Below are positions 25,500-36,848 of a stretch of DNA of 64,000 nucleotides, piece by piece. Both the position numbers and the translations under genes were made by a program. Below the pieces are notes generated by a model. It was not told the DNA's origin. It searched no databases and saw nothing but the letters and a program-made list of their open reading frames with translations. How positions within the stretch are numbered: the first letter of the stretch is position 1; each line of letters opens with the position of its first letter. Origin of the DNA: Octopus vulgaris (Eukaryota); NCBI GenBank assembly GCA_951406725.2, contig OX597814.1:62248001-62312000 (forward strand). Direction: 5' to 3'.

Positions 25500-26250
25500 A
25501 GCACACCTTGATCCTTTGGCTGGAGCAAGGGGTTGTATTCTTGGAGATATGTTTTACTTGCACATTATCAGAAAACTCATTTAAGTTCATCGAGTTGTTT
25601 GGTGCCTGGTCTAAAAAGAGTAATGCTTTGTTGGAAATATTATGTCAGGCACTGTACTTTTCTACAGCAGGACAAAAACTGTTTGTTAACCACTCTTCAA
25701 AAAGACTCTCAATCATTCATGCTTTCTTATTTGAATGCCAAATCAGAGGTAGATTAAACAATGCATAACCCTTGAAAGCTTTTCGAATTTTTGGAGTGAG
25801 TAAGGGCTTTAATTTTCTATCATCAGCAGTATTTCTTCTCAGAAGAAGTGTCAAACAATTTTTGGAAGCTTTAAATATATTATCTTCTTGAGATATAAAA
25901 GGTCTAGCAAGGCAGGAACTTCCAGAAAAGAATATCTTCATTAACATTTTATACTTATCTGGTGTGTAGCCCTTTTTAGTAATAAGATTTTCTGTTGTTT
26001 GGGATTATCTGCAGCTTCTATCTTAATACTGGTAGTTTCACCAGTCATTTTTATGCTGTCCAAATTCAAGAGCTTTTAAACCTTTCAAACTAGTTTTTAC
26101 CAACCAGAAAATTTCTTTTTTATTAGAATTTTCATCTTTCTTTTTCTGCATATCAGTATTCAAATTTTTGACTTTTTTTTTTCCGTTTTGAATTACCATT
26201 ACACTTATTGGCACTATATGTTGAGCCTGAACCTTGCTCCATATACCTAA
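25500..26250 (-). mobile_element. Tigger/pogo transposase remnant (DDE_1)
   Basis: Reverse strand gives KGYTPD, FISQE..FKASKNCLTLLL, KLKPLL, AFKGYALFNLPLIWHSNKKA, FCPAVEKY, NKALLFLD and LLQPKDQG. Confidence 0.85.
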
Positions 26251-26284
26251 GAGCTATCCAGTTTTAAGCATCACATCAGATAAT

Positions 26285-26456
26285 ACAGTTCTATATTTAA
26301 GAGATGAGGAATTATGTACATTATTTACAATTGACAGATATTTGTCCTCATCTTGTTTGTTGTTAACACTTTTCAGCTCTTCATCAGGTGTCTTGGGGAA
26401 ATTTCGAACCTGAGTTCTCATTCCTAAGATGTTTTTCGATGTTGTTGTTGTTGTTG

Positions 26457-26487
<31 letters not shown>

Positions 26488-26779
26488 CATTATTATTCAG
26501 GTCACTGCTTGGAATCGAACTCGGAATTTTGGGGTTAGTAGCCTGCACTCTTAACCACTACGCCATATGTCCATGGGCATATGGCATAGTGGTTAATAAT
26601 AATAATAATAATAATAACAACAACAACAACAACATCGAAAAACACTTTAGGAATGAGAACTCAGGTTCGAAATTTCTCCAAGACACTTGATGAAGGCGGG
26701 AGGGTATATCAGCTGAAACATGTTAACAACAAACAAGATGAGGACAAATATCTGTCAATCGTAAATAATGTACATAATA
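26285..26779. mobile_element. Head-to-head pair of a tRNA-headed element with a PLE-like hammerhead-motif body
   Basis: Minus copy 26572-26285 has A box TGGCGTAGTGG, B box GAGTTCGATTCC, (AAT)n(AAC)n and a body containing ACACCTGATGAAGAGCTGAAAAGTGTT. Plus copy 26575-26779 has the A box only, (AAT)n(AAC)n and the same body. The symmetry centre is CCATGG at 26571-26576. Confidence 0.75.
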
Positions 26780-27675
26780 TGAAACATGGGCCATGACTGC
26801 TGAGGACATGTGTATGCTCACAAGCAATGAAGCCAGTATGCTCCAATGGATGTGTAATGTCAGTGTGCATACTCGACAGTGTAAGTACCTTGAGAGAAAA
26901 GTTGAACCTAACAAGCATCAGATGTGGTGTGCAAGAGAGACGACTGCACTGGTATGATCATTTGGCGAGAATGGATGAGGATAGCTGTGTGAAAAATTTC
27001 CACACACTAGCGGTTGAGGGAACCTGTGAAAGAGGTAGCCCTAGGGAGACCGAGAACTTTGGAAATATGGTGTGCTTGAGAAGACCCGGCGAGCCAAGTG
27101 AGACCATAACCTCGTCGCCTATGCCAAGGGTGTAATCAGCCCACTTATGCATACCTTTCCTTCATTGGACACTAAACTCTGCTTGCGAAGACTTGTTGAG
27201 GCAAGAGAAATTGAAATCAAATTCGATGACTGGCATCCGTGCTAGTGGAGCGCTAAGTGCACCATCCAAGCGTGATCGTTGCCAGAACAACTGACTAGCC
27301 TCCATGCCATTGGCACATAAAGAGCACCATTCGAGTGTGATCGTTACTAGCATTGCCTTACTGGCAACTGAAAAAACATTCGAGCGAGGTTGTTGCCAGT
27401 GCCACTGGACTGGTTCCTGTGCAGGTGGCACGTAAAAGACACCATTTGAGCATGGCCATTGCCAGTACTGCCTGACTGGCTCTCATGCCAGTGGCACATA
27501 AATGCACCCACTACACTCTTGGAGTGGTTGGCATTAGGAGGGGTATCCAGCTGTAGAAACTCTGCCAGATCAGATTGGAGCCTGGTGCAGCCATCTGGTT
27601 TGCCAGCCCTCAGTCAAATCGTCCAACCCATGCTAGCATGGAAAGCAGACATTAAATGATGATGATGATGATGAT
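26780..27675 (+). mobile_element. RTE LINE 3' end with long 3' UTR
   Basis: ETWAMTAED, LREKLNLTSIRCGVQERRLHWYDH. The UTR contains GGTTGGCATTAGGAGGGGTATCCAGCTGTAGAAAC and ends in (GAT)n. Confidence 0.8.
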
Positions 27676-27834
27676 GAATCAGATCTATGGAAAACATAAA
27701 ACCAGAATAGTTGATGGAGTAACTTCTTGAGCATTTAACTTAATTTTTTCCCTATTGTCACATATTGTCATCACTGCAGATGATGTGAACTTTAATGCTT
27801 TGGCAATGTGGCTGATTTTTCTATCTTGTATTAA

Positions 27835-28054
27835 CCCTTTAGCATTCAAACCAGCCATATCTGGCCAAAATATTTAACCTGTTTTATATTGAAACTGACC
27901 AGATCTCACCTCTCACCTCAGCCCTACCATGTTGTTCTAAAACTAAAAAATCACATCACTGAAATCTCTTAACTACAAGATAATGCATGATTAATTCAAA
28001 CCATTTTAAATAAACAAACATCACATTTGACAGAATAATCTGAACACTAAAGGG
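27835..28054. mobile_element. piggyBac-type MITE
   Basis: TTAA-CCCTTTAGCATTCA...TGAACACTAAAGGG-TTAA. A second copy is at 49015-49212 and a fragment at ~59896-59950. Confidence 0.8.
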
Positions 28055-29159
28055 TTAAGCCTTTTTAAAATACCAAGTTTAATATCCAATGTAATTCCTT
28101 TACAGTTCCTTTTCACTCTATTACCACTTGATGGCTTCTCTCTGGACAACTTGAATTGTAGGTAAAACAAACAAAGGCAGTGATCAATTGTTCACAACAA
28201 AATATGTAATAAAAATATAGCATTAGAAAAATGTTTTGTGAGAGCAAAAGCTTGTTGTATTGTACATATGGATGTAAGAATGGAAATGAGATGAAAGGAT
28301 GAAGGAGTGAGGTTGGAGGAAGTAGTGTATGATAACAGTTAGTTGAAAGGTTACAGGTTCATGAGCTCTTCATCCATCCCTTGCATTACAGGTTTATGAG
28401 TACTTAACTTCTTGCAGTTCTGAGTTGAGCCATAAAAACTCAAGACTTAACTCTCACACATAATTAGAGTATGTGTGTGTGTTTGTATGTGAGTAGAATG
28501 TGGAACTAGTGGTCATACTTTGCAATTTCCAAAAGTGCAAAATCTTGTAGCCTGAAGTAGCCTTAATGTGAGGGATGATTGTAATTATGCTGTTATTAAC
28601 ATATGGTAACAATGAATCCTGTTATTCATTGTCTAGGATTACCAGAGGAAAGAAGAGAGGTTGTTGTCAGATTCAATATATGCCCACCATTTTATGCTTA
28701 GACTGATCCTTGAGAATACATGTTCTTGGAAATTAGCAACACAGTCGAGCATATATTCTGAGTGTGCTTGGTGAGTGCTGCACACCCACTTAAAATGGTA
28801 AATTTTCATCATAATAATTCTGGTCTTGCAGTATCATGATATAATCTGGTCATAATATGTTTTCAATCCCAATAATAGACACCCTGAAATAATGATTAAG
28901 TCATGTTGATGTTGTATTCATGTATAAGAAATAACCTAATGTTTGGCATAAGTATTACTTGATATTTCTGTAACCTTTATTCCTGACTTGCTGCCTTCAG
29001 TTTGGCACGAGCTTATCACTTCCTCCCATTAACATTATTTATTATTCACCAGGCAACTGAAGCTTGCTGATTGTCTGCAGTGACTCAAATGATAATTATC
29101 TGTTGTTGGAGGTATTTTATTTTTGTATGTTTCTTCCTGATCAGTTCTTCTTTACGCTT

Positions 29160-29560
29160 CATCAGCATGAACTTTGATACCCATAAAAAAAATATGGACA
29201 GAAGTTTGATTAGACCTACACATATGTGTTGCAAGTTGTTCTCAACAAATCATGGAAACAACATCCAATGGAAGAAGGGCTTTATGGAAACACCCCCAAT
29301 ATATCATCAATCATTCAAGAGAAGCAGAGGACAAGATATGCTGGTCACCACTATCAAAGTGAAGATGAATTAATGAGTGAGCTCCTTGTGGCCCAAATCA
29401 TGGGAATTTCCGCATCGAAATGACCCAGAATGATGCTCATTGATAACTCTCTCACAGTGTCAAGTTACAAATAGAGGACCTCAAATATGACATGGAAGAC
29501 AAGAATGCTTGGAGAGAAAGAGTGATTATGGTGCAGGCAACTTACTCAGAAAAATAGATA
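29160..29560 (+). mobile_element. RTE-type LINE 3' end (second family)
   Basis: MLQVVLNKSWKQHP..EGLYGN...RYAGHHYQSEDELMSELL, then MEDKNAWRERV. Confidence 0.7.
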
Positions 29561-30779
29561 GATTATTCAACAATGTTTGTTTTTGAGCTATAATTATAGC
29601 AATTAGAAATTTCCTTTAAAATCTCCACTACGTGCAATCTATCTTGTTGCTCCATGCTAAATTGATATTTCTTCCAAGAGTTAGAAATTTGGTTGCATTA
29701 TTGGGGTTGATGATGATGGTGATGGTTAACATCATTGCCATCGCTATCATCATGATCATGTTGAATGTACAGGTAATGTTGATCAACTGTGCTAAGTCTG
29801 TGGCACAATGGTAAAGAAGTGAATGCTTAGAAATAGCTCATGACTACACTATATGCTGTATACTGAACAGAAATCCAGATTAGGATAATGTAATGTGCTT
29901 CTCTCTGATTTCTGTATCATTAAACTAATGTTGCTAAATTAAAATTCAGTTTTATAGCTTGCTATATTGTGATTTATAGTTAGAATTAGTCTCTAAATTA
30001 CTTAATTAGCTTGAAATACAACTATGAGGAAACCTTTTCTAAAAAATCTTTTCAACAATAAATTAGAAAAATAAATTCTTTTCATATGAAAATTAATTAT
30101 TTTAATAAGACCTAGATCACATAATTGAAAATTGCAGTGAACCAAATCAGTATTTCAATTAACCAGTTATAAAATGATCAGTTGGTATGTCATTCACTTC
30201 AAATTTTTGTTTATATCACTTTCATTTCAGTCTTTTAGGGATTATGAAAATTAATAGTTTAAAAGAAAAACAGCACTTCATTGAATAATTCACACAATAG
30301 TTGTTGTTTCCTCCAACCAAAGTAAACAGTGTTAAAAGTGAAAGCTGAAAATTCTAAGAAAATTAAAAGCTGTACAGAATTTTCGTGTGATTACTTTTGA
30401 AGGTATAAAATATATTTAAAACAATATAACACTTAATCACACACATACCTAACAATAAATTATGAAAACAATTGTGGACTCTACTCTTGATGAAAAATCT
30501 TGCAATACACCACGACATAAAAACCTTTGAGCTTTACGTAAAACTGTTATTATTATCACTATTTTTATACCCGCTAAACTTTCTTGTATTTTCTGGTCTT
30601 TCCTTTTGTCATCTCTTCCTACTCTGGATGTTCTTACTCTGTTTTCTCTAGTCTGCACCCATTATTTTGCCTCCCTCTCCCTCCATTTGTTGGCAGTTGC
30701 CATGATAGATCGGTAGCCACAACACTATAAATCCTACCTCCTCACTCTCCACCATCGCCTAAAACATTACCTCTGCTTC

Positions 30780-30927
30780 TCTCCTTGTTTTTTTCTGTGT
30801 CCCTTTCTGTAGAAGAGCGTAGGCTTGAAATGTAAAAGACTTTTACAATTCCTGAGCGTTATACTAATACATCTGTTTGTTTTGTACACCACCTGTCTTC
30901 GTCTTTTGTTTTTTTCGTGAACTCTCC

Positions 30928-30930
<3 letters not shown>
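30780..30930 (+). mobile_element. PLE-like terminal repeat with variant hammerhead-like motif
   Basis: CTTT-CTGTAGA-A-GAGC-GTAG-GCTT-GAAA-TGTA-AAAG at 30803-30838. A decayed inverted copy is at ~20950-21055. Confidence 0.5.
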
Positions 30931-30962
<32 letters not shown>

Positions 30963-31059
30963 AATCAAGGAATGGCCATAATAGGCCATTCACCCTATAA
31001 AATTTTTTTGCCACCTATATTGATTAATATATATATATATATATAGGCTGTGACTAAAT

Positions 31060-31570
31060 GACCGCAACTCATCATTTAGGACGCCAGATAGGCACAATGT
31101 TATGCCTTTGGTTAACTAAAGAAGAGGGAATGCCATAAAGGATTAAATGGAAGCTGTTGGAACAGCCTAGACCAAGTCACAACAGGAGCAGACTATGCAA
31201 AATTTGCTTAACCGAGAGAGCATGGTTCCTAAAAGATATACTGGTGCAGGGGCTTTCTTAAATTCCAAAAGTGAGATGCTTAGTTGGTGCCTTCATGAGA
31301 TAAAATGTGTGTTAGAGATATGGAATTCCACACTTACTGAAGAGTGGACAAAAATCATACATAAACTGGCATCTTGCTCAGAAGGAGTTTTTGCTTCGAA
31401 GAATTTCTTTTTTTCACATTACTAATGAAGACTGTATTCTTACCTCCATTAGTAAAGTGGTTACACATCTCCATCCGGCAGGTCTGATGAATGATCTATA
31501 TTGCAAAGAGCAGTAACATACATGAAACCAATGGTGACTTTCTGACCAGCCAATAGCAAAGCATCTATTT
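31060..31570 (+). mobile_element. PLE GIY-YIG endonuclease C-terminus and 3' hammerhead motif
   Basis: NSSFR...IKWKLLEQPRPSHNRSRLCKICLTER...LNSKSEMLSWCLH, then AGGT-CTGATGA-ATG...CAT-GAAA-CCAATGGT-G-ACTT at ~31480-31530. Confidence 0.7.
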
Positions 31571-32056
31571 CTGCATCTCTATTTCTGAGTTACACCTTTC
31601 ATAATCTGATACTAGATCACCTCTGTTATAGAAAGACACCTGTTTCTGTCTCTCTGTCTCTTTGTCACACTCTAATCTTTCATCCTCTGACACAATTTCC
31701 CCCCCTCAAATACCTCTGCCCCTCTCAAAACTCCTTGTCTTGCAAGTTATTTGGTGACCCTGCCAGAGCTGGTGCCATGTAAAAAGTATCCAGTCCACAC
31801 TGTAAACTAGTTGGCATTTGGAAAGGCATCCAGCTGTAAGAATCATGCCAAAACTAACCTTGTAAAAAGATAGTGCTACATAAAAAGTAGTCCACCCTGC
31901 AGAGTGGTTGGTGTTAGGAAGGACATCCAACCATAGAAATCCTGCCAAAACAGACACAGCAGCTTAGGGTAGTTTTCCTACCTGGCTGGCTCCCATCAGC
32001 CATCCTACCTATGCATGCAAGGAAGATGGATGTTAAACGATGATGATGATGATGAT

Positions 32057-32238
32057 GTGTCTGTCTTCCCTTCCTTGGACCTTTCCTTTTACTATGTTTC
32101 TGACGAAGATCTCCACTCGAAACGTAAAATCCTTCTTCTTTCTTTCCTTTCCAAAACGTCCAATAACACTATACTTGTTCCATGTCCTCGTGTTGTTGTT
32201 GTGTTTTCTCTTTGTGTTTTCATGTTTGGATTAACTAT
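32057..32238 (+). mobile_element. PLE-like terminal repeat with hammerhead core
   Basis: TTT-CTGACGA-A-GATCTCCACTC-GAAA-CGTA-AAA at 32097-32129 in a pyrimidine-rich context. Stem II carries mismatches. Confidence 0.55.
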
Positions 32239-32317
<79 letters not shown>

Positions 32318-32611
32318 GGAGGCGCAATGGCCCAGTGGTTAGGGCAGCAGACTCGCGGTCGTAGGATCGTGGTTTCGATTCCCAGAGTGGTTGTGAGTAT
32401 TTATTGAGCGAAAACACCTAAAAGCTCCACGAGGCTCTGGCAGGGGGTGGTGATCCCTGCTGTACTCTTTCACCATTATTTCTCCCACTCTTCCTTCTGT
32501 TGGCCTGCTTGCTTAGCCAGCGGGGTGGCGTCATTTGAAGGTTAAAACAATGTGAACGCATTGTGACCAGCGATGTGTAACAACATCTGATGGTCTGGTC
32601 GGTCATGTGAT

Positions 32612-32613
<2 letters not shown>
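32318..32613 (+). mobile_element. tRNA-derived SINE inserted in (TA)n
   Basis: A box TGGCCCAGTGG, B box GGTTTCGATTCC, CpG-rich ~295-bp body, flanked by TA repeats. Confidence 0.75.
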
Positions 32614-32668
<55 letters not shown>

Positions 32669-33599
32669 ATATCAGGCACATGTCATCAGTAATTACCCAG
32701 GGTAGGCAGTTGGTGACGTTTATAAAACACACACAAAAAATAAGCAAAACACAGGCGTGCGACTGAGTCGTAGGCAGATTCACTTCTACCTTTATAGCGC
32801 GTAAAGAAAACGTAGGAATGTATGCAGCACGCGTACTACAGCAGTTCTATGTGTAGCTTTAATACTGATAGTTTGCATTTCATGCATGGTAATCAGAGTA
32901 ACCTTCATAATTTTATTGAATTTGCTGCATATATCTATAATAATAAATGGCAAGTTTGTGTGTTTGTGAATTTGTAACTTTATCTCCTCCGAGACTATCC
33001 AACAGACCTTGATGAAACTTGACATGTGTGTGGGGCTTATGCCTATGCAGTCACTTACACACTTGGAATTTTTCAAAAATAGATTTTCAATCAGCATTGT
33101 TTTTTCAAAAACCGTAAAATTTCGGCATTTTCGCACTAGCCATTGTGACATCAATTTGACGCAAAATGCTGAACTTTGACAAAAAATGTTTCATGGGTAA
33201 TAAACAGACAGCTTATTAATGGTAATATATTTAGCATTTGCTAATTCTTCATTTCAATGTGAATTGCTTTGATTTGTAAAAACTTATTTCAATTCATTGT
33301 TTTAATTCCACAGCATTTCAGGTTTTGATTAGGTAAGAGCATTTTATTTCTCAAGCAATATTTAGGCATTTTGCACACTAGCCGTCATGACATCAATTTG
33401 ATGAAATCTGCCCTAAAGCATAGAATGTCGCCATTTTACACACATACACCAAAATGATGACAACATGGGTTCGCTACCAGCCTCTGCTCATTTTTTCATC
33501 AAATTGGTCCTATCCATTAATATAAATGACTCCTTCATGAACTACCTGATTTACAATACTGTTGACTAGTCCATAACCCACACCACCAGATATTTTAAG

Positions 33600-34450
33600 T
33601 ATCTCAACAGTGATTCCTGATGGGCCAGAGGCTTTTCCTGACTTCATATACTTAATTACTTTATTTACCAGGGTGCTATCGATTTGGCTATCTGGTCCCT
33701 CAACTGGGACAACATTTGGCAGGCTCTCCTCCTCCTATTCATTCTTCACGTTCAGCTGCCTTTCATAATGGCATTTCCAGGCCTCTTTCTTTGCAGAATC
33801 ATTAAAAGCAAGTGCACCATCATCCTTGTGGACACATTTCTCTCCTGTAACACCACAATTTTCTCTCACTCACTGTCTTGCAATCTGAAATACTTCAGTT
33901 CTTTGGTCCTCATGCCACTGAACATTGGCAAAATTCTTCTTTTCTGCTACTCCCTTGGCTATATATACCTGTTCTCCAGTCTCCCATCTGGCTATCTGGT
34001 ACAGTTCTCTGCTACCCCAGCTCTTCCAGGCCTGTTTCTTTGCCCTAATGGCCCTGTCTACTGTATTATTCCACCACCACATTACCCTAGGTCTGGAAGG
34101 GACATTGCGCTAGCCACAGATTTGGTCTATGGTGCTCAGCAAGTTGTCATGTAGGAATTTTCAGTTACACCTTATGTCACAAGTCCTCCTCTCTCTCATC
34201 AAATTTCTCAATGAGGATGTCCCTAAATGTCTGACCATGTGAAGGATTTTTAAGCTTCCAAATCCTTCTTTTCTGGATTGGTTTGCTTCATAGACCTTAT
34301 CCACCCATTTCTCTGCAAGGAATATGCCTGCACCCCCCACTCCACCACTGTTACTTTCCCAGAAGATTTTATATCTATGTGCCTTGCCTGAAGCCCCTCT
34401 CCACCTTACCTCTTGTATGCAGCATGCATCAACACATCTCTGTTCAAGCA
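33600..34450 (-). mobile_element. RTE LINE endonuclease / N-terminal fragment
   Basis: [15 protein letters not shown]...YKIFW...[18 protein letters not shown] (APE domain), then WWWNNTVDRAIRAKKQAWKSW. Confidence 0.8.
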
Positions 34451-34452
34451 TA

Positions 34453-34498
<46 letters not shown>

Positions 34499-34526
34499 TA
34501 TATACATATATATCTATATATCTATA

Positions 34527-34590
<64 letters not shown>

Positions 34591-34635
34591 TACACATATA
34601 TAAACACACACACATATATATGTATACATATACAT
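34450..34635. repeat. (TA)n/(TACA)n microsatellite
   Basis: Directly visible. Similar tracts at ~2995, 3975, 30930, 32240, 32615, 46050, 52930, 57265 and 62770. Confidence 0.95.
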
Positions 34636-36848
34636 TATGCTGTCACTCATGTAGTTAGTGGAAGTGAGAGGTGAAGAGAAAGCGAGAAATGTAGAGGAGT
34701 TAAAAACATGGTTAAAATGTTTGTCGAAGAGGTAGAGAGAAAATGAGAAATATAAAGTGCCTAGCAGAGGGAAATTTTAAAATCATATATGTTACTGTGA
34801 CTGGAAGTGAAATAACTTAACAAACTAAAAAGAAAAATGCAAATCATCCTTTCTTTCTTAAATAGCTTCTGTTAATCATTTTTGTTCTATGGAATTTCCA
34901 CAGGTCCCACTAGTTTAATATAACATGAAAGCCCATACATATATTTTGTATAATATGAAAGCAATCACATATATGAGAAGACATAACTGTCATTCAGGTA
35001 TGAAATGTGATTCATGAATAGTTTTTCCCAATCTCTAAATTTCTTTCATCACATACATTCATGAAGATATGAAAAAATAAATCAATAATAGTTCCTTATT
35101 GTCATCTAAGTTTTGTCACAAAATGCAGTTAAGAGCTGTTGTGATGGTCATATAATAAAAAATATGAGATGTTAGTTGTTTGACTTTGGTTCTGGCTGCA
35201 GATAGTGAATGCACAACACTCATGAGCAATTAACAGAATTTTATTTCACCACACAAATATTTTCTATGCTGGTCATGAATTAAAATGTAACACCAAAGTT
35301 TACACACTGGAGAGAGAATAAGAAAGCTCTGCAAATAAGCTGCTATGACAGGTGGAAATATACTACGCTGGGTTCATGACAGTGAAATGTAGTTGCTGTA
35401 TAGGTTGAGTAAAGAGTCATTAAAGTGACTGCTATAAGTAATAAAATGAGAGTGTGGTTAGCTTAGCTGCTGTCGTCTACAAATTGATCAAGAAGTGAGA
35501 TGTGTGAAATGAATTGGCTGGTCTGTGCTCAATATGACCTGGCGAGAGTGGAGACATATTTTGCCCACATGTCCTAGACACTTTGCAAAGTTGGTGCAAA
35601 AAACATGCCCTTTTTATGAGACTTGTAAAGGGACATTCCAGAGGTTTCTAGAAAGGTGTGTAGCAAAAGGCGTTGTTAATGTAGCAGATGAAGATAGGCG
35701 TATTGATGACATCAAAGTAAAACAATGAGGAAAGCATCGGATTGTAGTTTAAATAATTTATTTAATCCACACCTGCATTTACATATTTGATACACAAGGT
35801 TTGATTCACAATATCAAGGAAGGCTGCTACATGAAGTTACTAACTGCTTTGAAATGGCAAAGTAAGAATGAACAGGAGAAATATTGTGTCAATGTAATGA
35901 GGTAGAACCAGGCATGTTTTGTGTCTGTGTGTGCATTGGTCATTCAGTCGGGTCATGTTTTCTTTCTCTCCTGTCTGTTTGTGTTGTGTGACTTCTACTG
36001 TGCTGTGACGTTCATGCTGAATATGTGGCTCTCTCTTGGCTGCTTGACTGTTGCAAGCTGTCTGCTGTCTCTCAACTGCTTGCCCTTCTGTTGTGTGTCT
36101 GACTGTATTTATAATGGTCATCCTAGCTAGAAGAATAGACATACCATAGGAATAATTTCTATGTAGGTCACCTACTGTCCACTTGACCCTTCAATGACAC
36201 AGCTCAGGTCGGAGGTTGGATGGAAATCCATCTATCACTTTTTAACAGGACAAAGAAATTTCTTTTGTGCCTGTTCAGCCAGTGGTGGATCATTTGAGTG
36301 AGAATCTTTAGATTTGGTTTTGAATCTCAGCTTGGAAAATGGAATGTTAGTTTTTACAGATGCACCATGTGATGTCTTGAGACTGATTGGTTCTTAACTT
36401 GGCTGATCACACGAAAAAGCTGTTACTAACTCATGATTTTAACATAGCAGTTTGTTGATTCTTGGTGAATCTGCTAGTTTCTTGGTGAGCATCCATCGCT
36501 TTTCTATAGTCTATATATGGATGCTGTCATCCTTTAGATTAAGAAAACTGAGTGAATAGTTTATAACTTTCTCAGTGTAGGAGCTGCCAAGACTCACACA
36601 CGAAGCCCATCCATTGGATATCAAGCTTGTTTTAAGAAATTTTAGTATCTCATTTTCGTCGCTTCTAGCTTCTATCTCAATATACATTCATTTTTTAAGG
36701 ACAATTTAATTTCAATATTTTTTTTTACGATATCAATTTGATGTTGATATCGTATATCAATATTGATATATGATATCAGTATAATATCAATTGTGCTGAA
36801 TATTTATATTTAGTTCCCAGTTACTGTATTGTATAAATAATGGCCAGC

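Noticed and set aside
26499-26572. Possible tRNA gene (A/B boxes, ACT anticodon-like loop)
   Set aside because: The acceptor and anticodon stems pair poorly and it runs into a microsatellite and repeat body; it is a SINE head.
32318-32390. Possible tRNA gene
   Set aside because: No complete cloverleaf; it continues into a SINE body.
32934-33570. Helitron-like 5' end (A/TCTATAATAATAA), and a separate hairpin-CTAG end at ~55600-55632
   Set aside because: Only one terminus is recognisable in each case, which is not enough to delimit an element.
32015-34674. ORFs with YIYIYI runs
   Set aside because: Translations of (TA)n tracts and antisense LINE sequence.
35138-36247. Possible nested solo LTRs
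   Set aside because: LTR-like composition and TG/CA ends, but no convincing TSD or second copy.
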